A stretch of 63,881 nucleotides of DNA from a virus (IMGVR_UViG_3300017963_000283:1-63881); one strand, 5' to 3'; counted from the first letter of the stretch, positions 18,548 to 28,128 are shown. Numbers and translations are program-made. Notes: generated by a model from the sequence alone, not told the origin.

Positions 18548-20628
18548 TGGCCTTCGCAAAACTGAACTACCTCAAGATCGAGGACAACATAGCACGGCAG
18601 GCGCGGCTGACGGCAGTGGATCCGGCTGACGACTCGGTGGATCAGGCCGATAGCAACTTTCCGGTATCTAATATGCAGCTACTGCCGGTGTCCAAGCCGG
18701 GGCGCATCTGGAACCGGGTATCGTCGAGCGGGACCGGCAGCATGAATCTACAGGTATCGTTTACGGCGGCACAGAGCATCAATGTGATTGCGCTGGTGGG
18801 CCACAACTTGTCGTCGTCTGCCACGATCACGTTAAACGGCGGATCCTCTTTTAACCCTACCTCAAGCCAAGGCACGATGACCTGGCGGCGCAATGTGGCC
18901 TGGCATTATTTCAGCGCAGCCGAGTCTCACAAGTATTGGAACATAGAAATATCCGACGAGAAGAACGCCTATGGATTTGCGCAGATCGGCTATCTTGTCA
19001 TGGGTACACTAACAGAGTTGGACTTTGGCTACTCGCTGTCGTCCAGCTTTGCCGATGAGATGATCGGCTTGCGCAGCCAGACAGAGACGGCCGTGCCGAT
19101 CAACCGCCATCTGGCAGAGCGGTACCGGCTGATGCTGGAGTTCCAGCACGAGACAACCACGGACATCAGCACCTTGCGCTCGCTGTTTCTGGACTTGCTG
19201 GGGCCGGACGAGCCGGCGCTGTTTATCCCATACACCTCCGGCACTGAGGCTGTCTTTGGCCGCATCAATCAGGACAGCTTCCAGCGCGTCTACAGTTCAC
19301 CGGATACGGCGAGTGTGGCGGTTGAGTTGGTGGACGATCCCACGGGTGTTCCGGTAGTGGCTTACATGCCGGTGCTCAGGGACAACAGGGAGTTGCCGGA
19401 CGGCAGCAGCTTTACTAGGCAAACAGTAGCCTACTACAAGAATGAGCATCTCGAGCTGGTGGAGGTGGGCAGTGGTGTGCTGCGGACCGGCTGGGCCGGG
19501 AGTGTGGCCGGCATCAGTACCAGCAGCGGGCCGCACCATTATGACTATGACGAATATGGGACACTGCTGGAACCTGCGCGGACGAATGCGCTGAGCTATG
19601 GGCAGGACTTGAGCGTTTATACGCTAAGCGGTGTCACGGTGGCATCTGCGTCTACGGATGAGCCAAAGGCCACAGCAAGCGGGCTGGCATATAAGATAGA
19701 GGAAGCGCAAGCATCTGGGGCGCATCAGGTGTCATCTTCTGCCGTATCTTTTACGGCTGATACCGTCCAGGCTGTTGCACTGTTTTTGAAGGCGTCTGAA
19801 AGAACAGAATGTAAATATTACCTGGATGCGACAACGGGAACGAGTTATGCCGGAGCCACGATAGACTTGAGTGCTGCAACAATAGCGTCTTATGCTGGTA
19901 ATTCGGGCATATTACAAAGCGGCGCCATTGAAAGCTATGCAAACAGCTGGTACCGGGTCAACATGGGTGTACAGCTCGGCAGCGGCGTGACAAATGCCCA
20001 GCAAAGAGTATTGCTTGCCGATGCCACTAGCAGCGCCACCTATTCCGGTGTCTCCGGCTACGGCTTATATGCGTGGAATTTCCAGCACGAGGCAGACAAG
20101 TCGTTTTCGTCTAGTCCGATACTGACATCCGGTGCAACTTCTACCAGAAATGCCGATTTGTTATACGCGCCTTTTGATTTTGATACTCAGACCATGAGTG
20201 TGTATGTCAAATACATCAAAGCCAAGGTAGATACGGGAACGCAAGCACTAGTTCATATTGGAGGGGCTGCTGCAGCTGCTGATCCTCGTTTGGTGCTTTA
20301 TGAAACAGGTTCAGAGCAGCCGGGGTTCTCATATGATGACGGCATAAATTCACGGGCGATTACCGATACAACGGTGCTTGCTATTGGAGACACGGTGGAA
20401 CTATTGGGTGTTTTGTATCCAGACGGAACGGGCAAGGTTACAGTGTCTCAAAATGGTGGGGCAGCATCTACTTCCAGCGCATTTGCAGCCAATACATTTC
20501 CAGGTGCATTCAACGCTGATCGAATTTATATAGGATCTCAAGGTTCGACTGTTCAAGGGCCGTTTGTCGTCCAAGAAGTGAAGACATACCGAGGCGTCCA
20601 AACACTGGAGTTCATGCGTGAACTATGA
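18547..20628 (+). CDS. Distal tail protein fused to a spike/lectin-like domain
   Basis: Follows the TMP; N-terminal Dit-like region; C-terminal SFTR...LLEPARTN...WYR...TRNAD and LamG-like end. Confidence 0.65.
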   Translation: MAFAKLNYLKIEDNIARQARLTAVDPADDSVDQADSNFPVSNMQLLPVSKPGRIWNRVSSSGTGSMNLQVSFTAAQSINVIALVGHNLSSSATITLNGGSSFNPTSSQGTMTWRRNVAWHYFSAAESHKYWNIEISDEKNAYGFAQIGYLVMGTLTELDFGYSLSSSFADEMIGLRSQTETAVPINRHLAERYRLMLEFQHETTTDISTLRSLFLDLLGPDEPALFIPYTSGTEAVFGRINQDSFQRVYSSPDTASVAVELVDDPTGVPVVAYMPVLRDNRELPDGSSFTRQTVAYYKNEHLELVEVGSGVLRTGWAGSVAGISTSSGPHHYDYDEYGTLLEPARTNALSYGQDLSVYTLSGVTVASASTDEPKATASGLAYKIEEAQASGAHQVSSSAVSFTADTVQAVALFLKASERTECKYYLDATTGTSYAGATIDLSAATIASYAGNSGILQSGAIESYANSWYRVNMGVQLGSGVTNAQQRVLLADATSSATYSGVSGYGLYAWNFQHEADKSFSSSPILTSGATSTRNADLLYAPFDFDTQTMSVYVKYIKAKVDTGTQALVHIGGAAAAADPRLVLYETGSEQPGFSYDDGINSRAITDTTVLAIGDTVELLGVLYPDGTGKVTVSQNGGAASTSSAFAANTFPGAFNADRIYIGSQGSTVQGPFVVQEVKTYRGVQTLEFMREL

Positions 20629-23417
20629 GTGACTTACTGGTAGAAATCGCGCTGGACAACGGCACGCTCTATTACTCCATCCACGGTACCTCCACCTCCA
20701 CGGCTTATTATGAAGGGCGTATCACGGGCATTGACAGCCTGAAGCGGACCATCCGGCCTGGTGGTGGCGTGTCGGCCATTCAGACGATTGGCTTTGAACT
20801 GGCGGACCAGGACGGCACACTGCGGACGCTGCATGAGAACCAGACCTTCAAGCGCCGGGCTGTCACAGTTAAGCTGGTAGACGACGAGGACAATGCTGTT
20901 ACTACACAGTTCGTGGGTGTGGTGGAGAGCGTAGCCGTCACGCCGGACTTGCTGCAGATAGAAGCGCGAGATGATTCCTGGGACGTACTGACGGAGAAGG
21001 TGCCGCTGCGAGTGTTCCCGGACATCTTTGGTGATATGCCGATCACTACACCAGTAGCACTGATTCCTATTGTCATCGGTACCGTATCCAGCACCAGCTT
21101 CGAGTCTCGGGGATCTATTCCGGCTTATCTGGTAGACCCATCCGTAACGGCGGCTAAGTACCGCTATGTGGCTGCACAGCATCCGCTCAAGTCTATTACA
21201 AAAGTGTATAGCCGGGGCAACGAAGTACCGTCTGGAGACTGGACTACAACCTATGTGGATACTACTACCAGCTACGGCACGGTCCGCATGACATACATTG
21301 ACGTTGACTACGACCTACGCGACGAAAACGGCGTGGATGATGTCACCTATGACGCCACCGGTATCACCGATGACAATTTGGAGTCCGGCAATTTGGAAAC
21401 GGATATTCCAGATTCACTCAAGCTGGTGCTGTCGAACCTGGACCAAACCTCGCCGCTGGTGGCAGCAGACTTCGCCAGTACCACTACAGTCAATGCGCAG
21501 TACACAGCACAATCTATCTCACTGTCTAATAACGGCTTGGCTGTGACCGAGTGGGGCATGACCTGGCTGGATGTGGTGGACATGTTTGCCGAGTCGTTCA
21601 ACTTGCAGTTTTTTGTCAACTCATCCGGCAAATTTAAGATGCGCTTTGATGATGCGCAGACCGGGACCAGTACCAAGACATACTTTGACTCACAGGACAT
21701 CATCCAGGGCAGCTTTTCTATCGATTCGCCCAGCGATAACGTATCCACGCTGGAGTGCTCCTACGCTTATGACTTTGCACGGGGACGTTTTACGGCCAGG
21801 AAGAGTTATAACGATGCTACGGAGCAGACTGCGCTGGGCCGGAATATCGAGGAAGAGGCTGAACTGCACGGCATCCGCTCCATCAACGATGCGCAGAAGA
21901 TAGCACAGATCAGACTGTTCCAGCAGCGCTCCAGTCGGGATGTGGTGTCATTTCGCATTCCAGCCAAGTCCTATCTAGAGCTGGGAGACTTTGTTTCCGT
22001 CACGCATTGGGCTGGACCGTCCAGCAATAACGTCGGCTATGATGAGACGCTGTTCTGCATCTACGAGTTGAACTTGACTGTTGATGGAAACGGGCTGTTT
22101 CATGACTTGCTATTGATAGACCATCCTGGGCTGACGGTGGGCTCGCCGGCGGATTCGGAAGAAACCAGGACCACGCAAACGCTGTCGCAGCGGTCGCCGG
22201 ATATTGCCTCTGATGTGGTGTGGACCTCTACGGATGCGGATACGGTCGCTTGGTCCGCCAATGATCTGAAGATTGGCGATGCTTTATACGAAACGATTTC
22301 TAGCAGCAATACGGGGAATATGTCTGCGAAGACATATGTTTATTTCGATCCGGATACCTCTGAAAGTACATATCAGGTAACCACCACGTTTTCGAGTGCG
22401 GTAGGAGGGCGAAAGGTTCTGCTGGCTGAATGTGTGAACGGAACCAACTCAGCAAAAATTAAAAATTACGTGGGCTGGGTTGAAACGGGCGTGGGTGGTG
22501 GTGGATCGGATATGCCCAATCAAGTTACTGAAGATGAGATTACAACACCGGACCTTGGTTCAATCAATGCCGATCTGGGGAGTATTACTGCCGGAACAGT
22601 AACGGGTGCAACGATTCGCACGGCAGCTAGTGGTGCGAGAATCCAACTGACTTCCAGCGCGCTTGAAGTTTATGATGCGTCGGTTAAGAGAATAGACATT
22701 CCGACAACTGCCGATCGAATAAACTTTTATCATACAGGTTCATTAAATGGCTTCTTTCAGGGGTCAGACGGAGTTGGCGGAATTGCGTGTTTTGGGAACT
22801 TGGCAGCACTTGACTCTGGTAACGGTATTAGATTGGTGGGTGGAGGTGATGGTACTGCCGGGATTGATGCTTTTGGAGGCTGTACATATTTGACAGTTTA
22901 TGGAAACTTGCTCCCATCTTCAACGGGAACGGATTTGGGCGGTTCTTCAAATAGGTGGGATTTATACGGCGAAACCATTTATGCTTATGGCAACATTCAA
23001 CCGTCATCTGATGATAGCGGATCGGTGGGTACCGCAAGCGTCGCTTTTGGCAATGTTTACGCCAATGAGGGAGACTTTGACTATCTTGATACTATAGATT
23101 TAGGATCTCTTTTATGGAAATGTCCAACCCGTCCAGATACGGATGATAGTTACAATTTTGGTCATCCTGATTACAGGTGGTCAACCATTTACTGCACAAC
23201 ATTAACCGAGGGAGACATTGAATTTGCAAATGGTTGGAATATAAGAGAGTTGGGCCTGCGCGACGAGAACAGGAATAAATCGTTTGGTTGGATTAGAAAA
23301 CACCATCCAGACGGACTCCAAATATCGGATCAAAGTGGTAAACTAGTTTTAGTTATTCATGGGAACGGGAATTTGTATGTTTCCGGTAAGATATTACCCA
23401 TGAACGAATTACCGTGA
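20625..23417 (+). CDS. Tail tip/hub protein with C-terminal fibre repeats
   Basis: Hub-like IPIVIG; ADLGSITAGTVTGATIRTAASGARI fibre motif; P..D....G....RW repeats near the C-terminus. Confidence 0.7.
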   Translation: MSDLLVEIALDNGTLYYSIHGTSTSTAYYEGRITGIDSLKRTIRPGGGVSAIQTIGFELADQDGTLRTLHENQTFKRRAVTVKLVDDEDNAVTTQFVGVVESVAVTPDLLQIEARDDSWDVLTEKVPLRVFPDIFGDMPITTPVALIPIVIGTVSSTSFESRGSIPAYLVDPSVTAAKYRYVAAQHPLKSITKVYSRGNEVPSGDWTTTYVDTTTSYGTVRMTYIDVDYDLRDENGVDDVTYDATGITDDNLESGNLETDIPDSLKLVLSNLDQTSPLVAADFASTTTVNAQYTAQSISLSNNGLAVTEWGMTWLDVVDMFAESFNLQFFVNSSGKFKMRFDDAQTGTSTKTYFDSQDIIQGSFSIDSPSDNVSTLECSYAYDFARGRFTARKSYNDATEQTALGRNIEEEAELHGIRSINDAQKIAQIRLFQQRSSRDVVSFRIPAKSYLELGDFVSVTHWAGPSSNNVGYDETLFCIYELNLTVDGNGLFHDLLLIDHPGLTVGSPADSEETRTTQTLSQRSPDIASDVVWTSTDADTVAWSANDLKIGDALYETISSSNTGNMSAKTYVYFDPDTSESTYQVTTTFSSAVGGRKVLLAECVNGTNSAKIKNYVGWVETGVGGGGSDMPNQVTEDEITTPDLGSINADLGSITAGTVTGATIRTAASGARIQLTSSALEVYDASVKRIDIPTTADRINFYHTGSLNGFFQGSDGVGGIACFGNLAALDSGNGIRLVGGGDGTAGIDAFGGCTYLTVYGNLLPSSTGTDLGGSSNRWDLYGETIYAYGNIQPSSDDSGSVGTASVAFGNVYANEGDFDYLDTIDLGSLLWKCPTRPDTDDSYNFGHPDYRWSTIYCTTLTEGDIEFANGWNIRELGLRDENRNKSFGWIRKHHPDGLQISDQSGKLVLVIHGNGNLYVSGKILPMNELP

Positions 23418-23440
23418 TTTGTATTTGTGAGGGGTAAGTC

Positions 23441-23752
23441 ATGAAGGTATTTTTATCGCTTTTTGTGCTTTTGAGTATTGCTTGTTTTGTTGTTGCTGAT
23501 CCCGGAGAAGGTTATATCATCAAGAGAACCATACCCGCCCAATTTGTTGATGGTGTACAGATATCGAGTGAGCAAATTGTTCACTTCAGACAAACATTGA
23601 ACTGGGGTTCCTGTACATCCTCTTGGGATTTACTGTTGACTGAAATTCATGAAAATGAAGCTCGGAAGCTGCGCAGGATAGTCATTGAAGAGGGAATAGC
23701 CGGTTTAGAGTTACGTGGATTTGAGTGTGTTTCTGTGATTTTAGTCGAATAG
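23441..23752 (+). CDS. Hypothetical protein with signal peptide
   Basis: Hydrophobic N-terminus MKVFLSLFVLLSIACFVVA; AT-richer than flanks. Confidence 0.5.
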   Translation: MKVFLSLFVLLSIACFVVADPGEGYIIKRTIPAQFVDGVQISSEQIVHFRQTLNWGSCTSSWDLLLTEIHENEARKLRRIVIEEGIAGLELRGFECVSVILVE

Positions 23753-23756
23753 CAAT

Positions 23757-23954
23757 ATGGTTAGTATAGATTTTGCTGTAACTAGGGACACCCTAAAGGC
23801 ACTGTCGTTGGACGTTGTTCGTCTTGAGGTTAAGCTATCAGAACTGCAGGCAGAGAATGAGCGCCTCAAGTCTGTGCTGGAAGAGAAAAACGCAACGATA
23901 CGACAGCTTGAGAAAGAGAAGCGCCGGCCGGTGGAAGGAGTGACTGCAAGCTAG
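23757..23954 (+). CDS. Small coiled-coil protein
   Basis: Heptad pattern LEVKLSELQAENERLKSVLEEK. Confidence 0.55.
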   Translation: MVSIDFAVTRDTLKALSLDVVRLEVKLSELQAENERLKSVLEEKNATIRQLEKEKRRPVEGVTAS

Positions 23955-23959
23955 GGAAA

Positions 23960-24490
23960 ATGGTTATGGCTACTTTTCTCAGCCGCCTCCGGGCGGCTTT
24001 TTTATTGCCTGTTTTTTGTTGTCTGCTACAGGCACAGTCGGTGCAGCTGCAGTGGGATGCGAACAGCGAAGCCGATCTGCTGGGTTATCGCATGTACCGC
24101 TCTACTCAGTCCGGCTTCGGTTACCAGGCCATCGGTGAGATTACCTGCCCACCGGAGGACACGAGCTGCTGCACCTTTACAGACGATACCATTCTGCCAC
24201 GTGAGACTTATTACTATGTGGCCACTGCGTATGACAGCGAGGAACTGGAGTCCGGCTTTTCCAATGAGGTGAACTATACCGGCGTTTGTCCCGGTGATGT
24301 GAACGGCGATGGCAACAGGGACATCTTAGACGCCGGATTGATTCTGAATCACACCGTCAACCTATTTCCACTGACTGGGCTGGACCTGGAAGCAGCTGAC
24401 GTGAACGGGGATGGAGCCGTCAATGTCCTAGATGCGCAGCATTTAAAAAATCATATTGTAGGGACGGATCTTTTAGATGCTTGTAATTGA
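23960..24490 (+). CDS. Secreted Fn3 + dockerin-domain protein
   Basis: Signal peptide; Fn3 (LQWDANSE.DL.GYRMYR, YYYVATAYD...ES..SNEV); duplicated Ca-loops GDVNGDGNRDILDA and ADVNGDGAVNVLDA. Confidence 0.85.
   Translation: MVMATFLSRLRAAFLLPVFCCLLQAQSVQLQWDANSEADLLGYRMYRSTQSGFGYQAIGEITCPPEDTSCCTFTDDTILPRETYYYVATAYDSEELESGFSNEVNYTGVCPGDVNGDGNRDILDAGLILNHTVNLFPLTGLDLEAADVNGDGAVNVLDAQHLKNHIVGTDLLDACN
23981..24003 (+). terminator. Terminator-like hairpin inside the 5' end of the dockerin gene
   Basis: AGCCGCC-TCCG-GGCGGCT followed by a T-run. Confidence 0.5.
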
Positions 24491-25136
24491 AAGTAAGGCA
24501 GCCAAAGCAGGTGAGCAAGTCCAGGTCGGAATCTGGCTGGACGAGCGCACCGTCTACGGCTTGCAGTTTGACATCGTTTACGATCCGGCGGCACTGGAGT
24601 TTGTGTCCTGGGACAGCGCACTAGCAGCTACTACCAATCCAGAGACGGGCCGGTTTAATTTTGCTGTAGCCAGGGACGGGACACAACAGCCGCTGCCGGA
24701 GTATATCGGCAGTTTAGTTTTTAACGTCAGCGGTCCTTCTACATTATCTATTGTGGACGTAGTAGCCGGTGACTCGACAGCACAAGCAGTTTCTCTGTCC
24801 ACTCAGGACGGGGCAATAACTATTGAGGAGAACAACGTGAACTTACGAATCGAGTTTCAAGAATTTCAATCCGGGGTGCCCATTCCAGATAGTGCGGATG
24901 GTATCAGAGTATTCGAATCGGACGGGGCAGATCCTGCCACGGCTAATCTCGTGGTTCTTGGAGATATTGCTACGTTGGTTGGAACGTTTACCGTCTCATC
25001 GAATCGCGGGCAGAGGTGGTATTTCGGTGCTTATTTCAACGAAGGCGGCATTGGTCCAGCGGGCAATGTCACGGTATTCGACACCAACGTCCCTCCTACT
25101 GAAGCGCCTGGTGCGCCGACTGTAACTGTTGTCTAA
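24477..25136 (+). CDS. Cohesin-domain protein with C-terminal Fn3/Ig-like domain
   Basis: AKAGEQVQVGIWLD, YGLQFDIVYDPAALEFVS, IGSLVFNV, DGAITI match the cohesin pattern. Confidence 0.75.
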   Translation: MLVIESKAAKAGEQVQVGIWLDERTVYGLQFDIVYDPAALEFVSWDSALAATTNPETGRFNFAVARDGTQQPLPEYIGSLVFNVSGPSTLSIVDVVAGDSTAQAVSLSTQDGAITIEENNVNLRIEFQEFQSGVPIPDSADGIRVFESDGADPATANLVVLGDIATLVGTFTVSSNRGQRWYFGAYFNEGGIGPAGNVTVFDTNVPPTEAPGAPTVTVV

Positions 25137-25237
25137 TGAACGTGCGGCAACTTCTCGAATGGATCTGGTATTGGCTGCGCAGACGCGGCCACCGACCCAA
25201 AGAAGCACCACCAGCACCATCGGTTGAAAGAGCATGA
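25136..25237 (+). CDS. 33-aa peptide, translationally coupled on both sides (not in ORF track)
   Basis: MNVRQLLEWIWYWLRRRGHRPKEAPPAPSVERA; TAATG and ATGA overlaps. Confidence 0.45.
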   Translation: MNVRQLLEWIWYWLRRRGHRPKEAPPAPSVERA

Positions 25238-25704
25238 GAATCACAGTCCTGCGTCTCAACGGTGAGAAAGAAGACACCGTTGGCCTGCTGTTTGTGGACC
25301 GGCAGTGGTTCGGCCTGACTCTCGAGGATGAGCAGCGGCTGGTGAAGGTACCGGCAGAAACGCGCATCCCAGCCGGTGACTATGAGGTGGAGCTGCGCAA
25401 GGCGGGGACATTACACGACAGGTACAAAGATCTCTACTCCTGGCACGAGGGGATGCTGCATATTCGCAAGGTTCCCGGCTTTACGTGGATCTACTTCCAC
25501 CGCGGCGTCAGGGAGTCGCATTCGGCGGGCTGCATCCTGGTAGCGGATGGGCTGAGCCGGTCCAATATCGGCGGCAGGCTGGCAGAACTAGCTAACTCGG
25601 CTGAAGGCTACGAGCGGTTCTACCAGCACGTTCTGCCAGCAGCACGGGCCGGGGATCTGCGGGTAACGATCCAGGACGAGATAAAGATGGAGACAATATT
25701 ATGA
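25234..25704 (+). CDS. Putative endolysin, DUF5675 / L,D-transpeptidase-like
   Basis: TLED......ETRIPAG.Y, VPGFTWIYFHRG....HSAGCILV. Confidence 0.8.
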   Translation: MRITVLRLNGEKEDTVGLLFVDRQWFGLTLEDEQRLVKVPAETRIPAGDYEVELRKAGTLHDRYKDLYSWHEGMLHIRKVPGFTWIYFHRGVRESHSAGCILVADGLSRSNIGGRLAELANSAEGYERFYQHVLPAARAGDLRVTIQDEIKMETIL

Positions 25705-25853
25705 GACCAAAAGTAGCAATCACTATGATCCTCGGTTTTGCGCTGGGCTTTTCATTTGCCGGGCTGGTCCCGGCTGCAGCTGTTAAGGCATGGCCGGCGC
25801 TGTTTGTAGCAGTACCGTTGGCACTGTGGGCGGTCTGGAAGTTGAAGGTGTGA
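25701..25853 (+). CDS. Small 2-TM membrane protein in the lysis cassette (not in ORF track)
   Basis: MRPKVAITMILGFALGFSFAGLVPAAAVKAWPALFVAVPLALWAVWKLKV; ATGA overlap. Confidence 0.55.
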   Translation: MRPKVAITMILGFALGFSFAGLVPAAAVKAWPALFVAVPLALWAVWKLKV

Positions 25854-25854
25854 C

Positions 25855-26358
25855 ATGGGATTTCTAGGCGACATTTTCGGCGGTGGCTTGAAAGGGGCAA
25901 TGGAAGGTGTGGATGTTATCCTGTCCCGGTTCAAGGGCAAGCCGATAGGTGAGCAGGAAAAGGCCGAGATCAAGCTGGCACTGGAGCAGTTGCTACAGAA
26001 GCGCGACTCGGAAATAGAGCAGACCATTCGCACTGAACTGACAGCCAAGGAGCGTATCTTAGTTGCCGAGTTAAGTTCGGGTGACAACTACACCAGACGG
26101 GCTCGGCCCACGGTTGTCTATTTCGGATTACTGGTGATTACCTATAACTACTGTGTCATCCCGACTATCCAGACATTGCAGGGGCTGATGCTGCAGCCGT
26201 TCGCGTTGCCCACGGAGTTCTGGATAGCCTGGGGCGGTATTGTCTCGACATGGGTGGTTGGTAGATCGGCTGAGAAGCGCGGCACCAGAAACAGGCTAGT
26301 CAGCAATATTACGGGTGCTCCGCTGGTAGGAAGCAGGCTCCTGGATGAGCCAAGCTAG
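25855..26358 (+). CDS. Holin, 3TM family
   Basis: AELSSGDNYTRRARP + TM, LP.EFW, GRSAEK motifs. Confidence 0.8.
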   Translation: MGFLGDIFGGGLKGAMEGVDVILSRFKGKPIGEQEKAEIKLALEQLLQKRDSEIEQTIRTELTAKERILVAELSSGDNYTRRARPTVVYFGLLVITYNYCVIPTIQTLQGLMLQPFALPTEFWIAWGGIVSTWVVGRSAEKRGTRNRLVSNITGAPLVGSRLLDEPS

Positions 26359-26369
26359 GCGGTGTTGAA

Positions 26370-26645
26370 GTGAACAATCAAGACCGAGACTTACTCAACT
26401 GCTATGTCGGCGAGTTCTCAGCACTGCGCACGCTGGTCCAGGAACACATCAAGCAGGGGCAGGAGTTTAGAGCAGACCTGAAGGCCGACATCAAGGCGCT
26501 GGAGGCTACCATCCGGGGCAATGGATCGCAGGGGCTGTGCAGCCGGGTAGATGCCGTGGAGTCTCGTGTCAAATGGCTCTGGGGCGTGTTCACGGCAGCG
26601 GTGCTGGCCGTGGTAACGGCAATGCTGGGCAAAGGCGGTGGCTAA
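26370..26645 (+). CDS. Coiled-coil + C-terminal TM protein (XhlA/holin-like)
   Basis: GNG..GL..RV..VE followed by a TM segment. Confidence 0.55.
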   Translation: MNNQDRDLLNCYVGEFSALRTLVQEHIKQGQEFRADLKADIKALEATIRGNGSQGLCSRVDAVESRVKWLWGVFTAAVLAVVTAMLGKGGG

Positions 26646-26648
26646 TGG

Positions 26649-26999
26649 ATGACCCGCCTATTACTGTGTCTGCTGCTATGTCTGTCACCCTGCCTTGACT
26701 GCGGCAGGAAGCGTATCCCAGCCGAGACGCCGGAACAGATAGCCACTTATGGCCGCTTGGCTGTGCTGGATTTTAACCAGAAGAACAGCCGCTGCCAGAA
26801 GCTCATCAAGCAGTACAATGCCAAGCTACAGCAGCTGAACCGGCTGGCTAGTGTGCTGGACCTCCACGAGAACACCTTGGAACAGCAGCGGGAATTGCTA
26901 CGGCAGGCGCTTGGGCTGATCCGGGAATTGCGGCAGCTGTATGAGGGCTCTGCCGATAACCTGGAGCAAATAGAAGAGACACTAGAGGCGATGTTGTGA
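26649..26999 (+). CDS. Putative lipoprotein/spanin-like coiled-coil protein
   Basis: Hydrophobic Cys-containing N-terminus then coiled coil; in the lysis cassette. Confidence 0.45.
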   Translation: MTRLLLCLLLCLSPCLDCGRKRIPAETPEQIATYGRLAVLDFNQKNSRCQKLIKQYNAKLQQLNRLASVLDLHENTLEQQRELLRQALGLIRELRQLYEGSADNLEQIEETLEAML

Positions 27000-27115
27000 C
27001 TGGAATATTCTGGGCCATTCAGGCGCTGGTAGTGCCTGTTATTGCTGTTGTACTGGCCGGGTTCCTGTTCCGGCTGGGCTGGAAACTGGCTGATGCTGTG
27101 GTGGGGCAGAAATGA
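26996..27115 (+). CDS. 39-aa TM peptide (not in ORF track)
   Basis: GTGA overlap; MTGIFWAIQALVVPVIAVVLAGFLFRLGWKLADAVVGQK. Confidence 0.4.
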   Translation: MTGIFWAIQALVVPVIAVVLAGFLFRLGWKLADAVVGQK

Positions 27116-27140
27116 AAAAGCCCCGCTGGTGGGCGGGGCT
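27115..27140 (-). terminator. Terminator of the leftward operon (convergent junction)
   Basis: AGCCCCGC/GCGGGGCT stem with T5 on the minus strand. Confidence 0.6.
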
Positions 27141-27146
27141 GGGTTG

Positions 27147-27383
27147 TCATGAATTGTCAAATGGAAGTTTGACGTGAGCCCATGCTTGGTAATCAGCTAG
27201 GTGATAGTAGGCACCTTCGATGTTTCCATCCAAGATCATTTCTTGGGCAAGGGACAGGTCTTTAATGGCATCATCGGCTGCCCATGTCAAACCACCATCG
27301 TTCGCTCTCCATTCCTTGAGGACTTCGTTTTTACATTCATGAAGTATGTCGAGAATCCTGTTTTGCTGTTCTGTGGTTTTCAT
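27147..27383 (-). CDS. Hypothetical protein, leftward operon
   Basis: AAGGAG RBS, ATGA overlap with the upstream gene. Confidence 0.6.
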   Translation of the reverse strand: MKTTEQQNRILDILHECKNEVLKEWRANDGGLTWAADDAIKDLSLAQEMILDGNIEGAYYHLADYQAWAHVKLPFDNS

Positions 27384-27544
27384 TTCTTCTCCTTCCGTGG
27401 CCTGCCGCCGCGCTTGCCGTTTTCACGGGCTGCTTGGCGCTTGGCCTCTGATGTTGACTGCCCACCCTTGCGGCCACCGATGGCGGCAAAGTGGCGGGCG
27501 ATGTCGGCCTCTGAAATTTCGTTGTGGCAGTGGGGACAGATCAT
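27380..27544 (-). CDS. Small Zn-ribbon + basic GGRKGG/ENGKRGGRP protein
   Basis: MICPHC...GGRKGGQSTSEAKRQAARENGKRGGRPRK; GGAGG RBS. Confidence 0.7.
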   Translation of the reverse strand: MICPHCHNEISEADIARHFAAIGGRKGGQSTSEAKRQAARENGKRGGRPRKEKK

Positions 27545-27804
27545 AACGCCTCCACTAATCGCTTGAACATCTTGTTTGCATATGATCGGGAATAGAATCC
27601 GGCTACATAATCCACTCCGGCAAGGCTCGTACCTGCACACCAAGTTCCTCCATCTCTCGGCATATCTCCCGGCATTGCCGAGTAAACCTGTCTGTTTTCG
27701 TAAGAAATGCGGATTACCGTTCGTTTACCGTCCTCGCGTTGGAGGAGTTGGTAGCCATTAATTTCTTTGATTACGTCATAAAATTTTTCACCGTCGGTAT
27801 ACAT
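27541..27804 (-). CDS. Hypothetical protein, leftward operon
   Basis: GAGGAGG RBS; coupled to the next gene. Confidence 0.65.
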   Translation of the reverse strand: MYTDGEKFYDVIKEINGYQLLQREDGKRTVIRISYENRQVYSAMPGDMPRDGGTWCAGTSLAGVDYVAGFYSRSYANKMFKRLVEAL

Positions 27805-27826
27805 GAGAACCTCCTCTGGTCTGTTC

Positions 27827-28093
27827 TTAGTAGCCCCTCATCTTTCTTTCGAGGCCGAATTGCCAGACTCGACGAGCGTTGCGTTCGCTCCTGGTTTCAG
27901 AGTCATATTTGCCGCTCAGCGCACGAGGTTGAGTTTGGCCGGGGGCTTCGATGGCCCAAGCTGCTGCAACTGCTTCTTGCTGCGGATAACCTTCCCGCAG
28001 CAGTTGGCGGATGGTATCCATTTGATTGTTCTTTTCAGCCTTCAATTCTCTAAATCTCTCATTTGCCGTCTTTCTTTCTTCGTTCTTCATCAT
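27827..28093 (-). CDS. First gene of the leftward operon (probably leaderless)
   Basis: ATG 6 nt after the -10 box; no SD; start refined from the ORF track. Confidence 0.6.
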   Translation of the reverse strand: MMKNEERKTANERFRELKAEKNNQMDTIRQLLREGYPQQEAVAAAWAIEAPGQTQPRALSGKYDSETRSERNARRVWQFGLERKMRGY

Positions 28094-28099
28094 ATCTAT

Positions 28100-28128
28100 A
28101 TGATACCCAATGCCGCTTAGGTTGTCAA
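28100..28128 (-). promoter_or_regulatory. Sigma70-type leftward promoter
   Basis: TTGACA-N17-TATCAT with upstream A/T tract. Confidence 0.8.
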
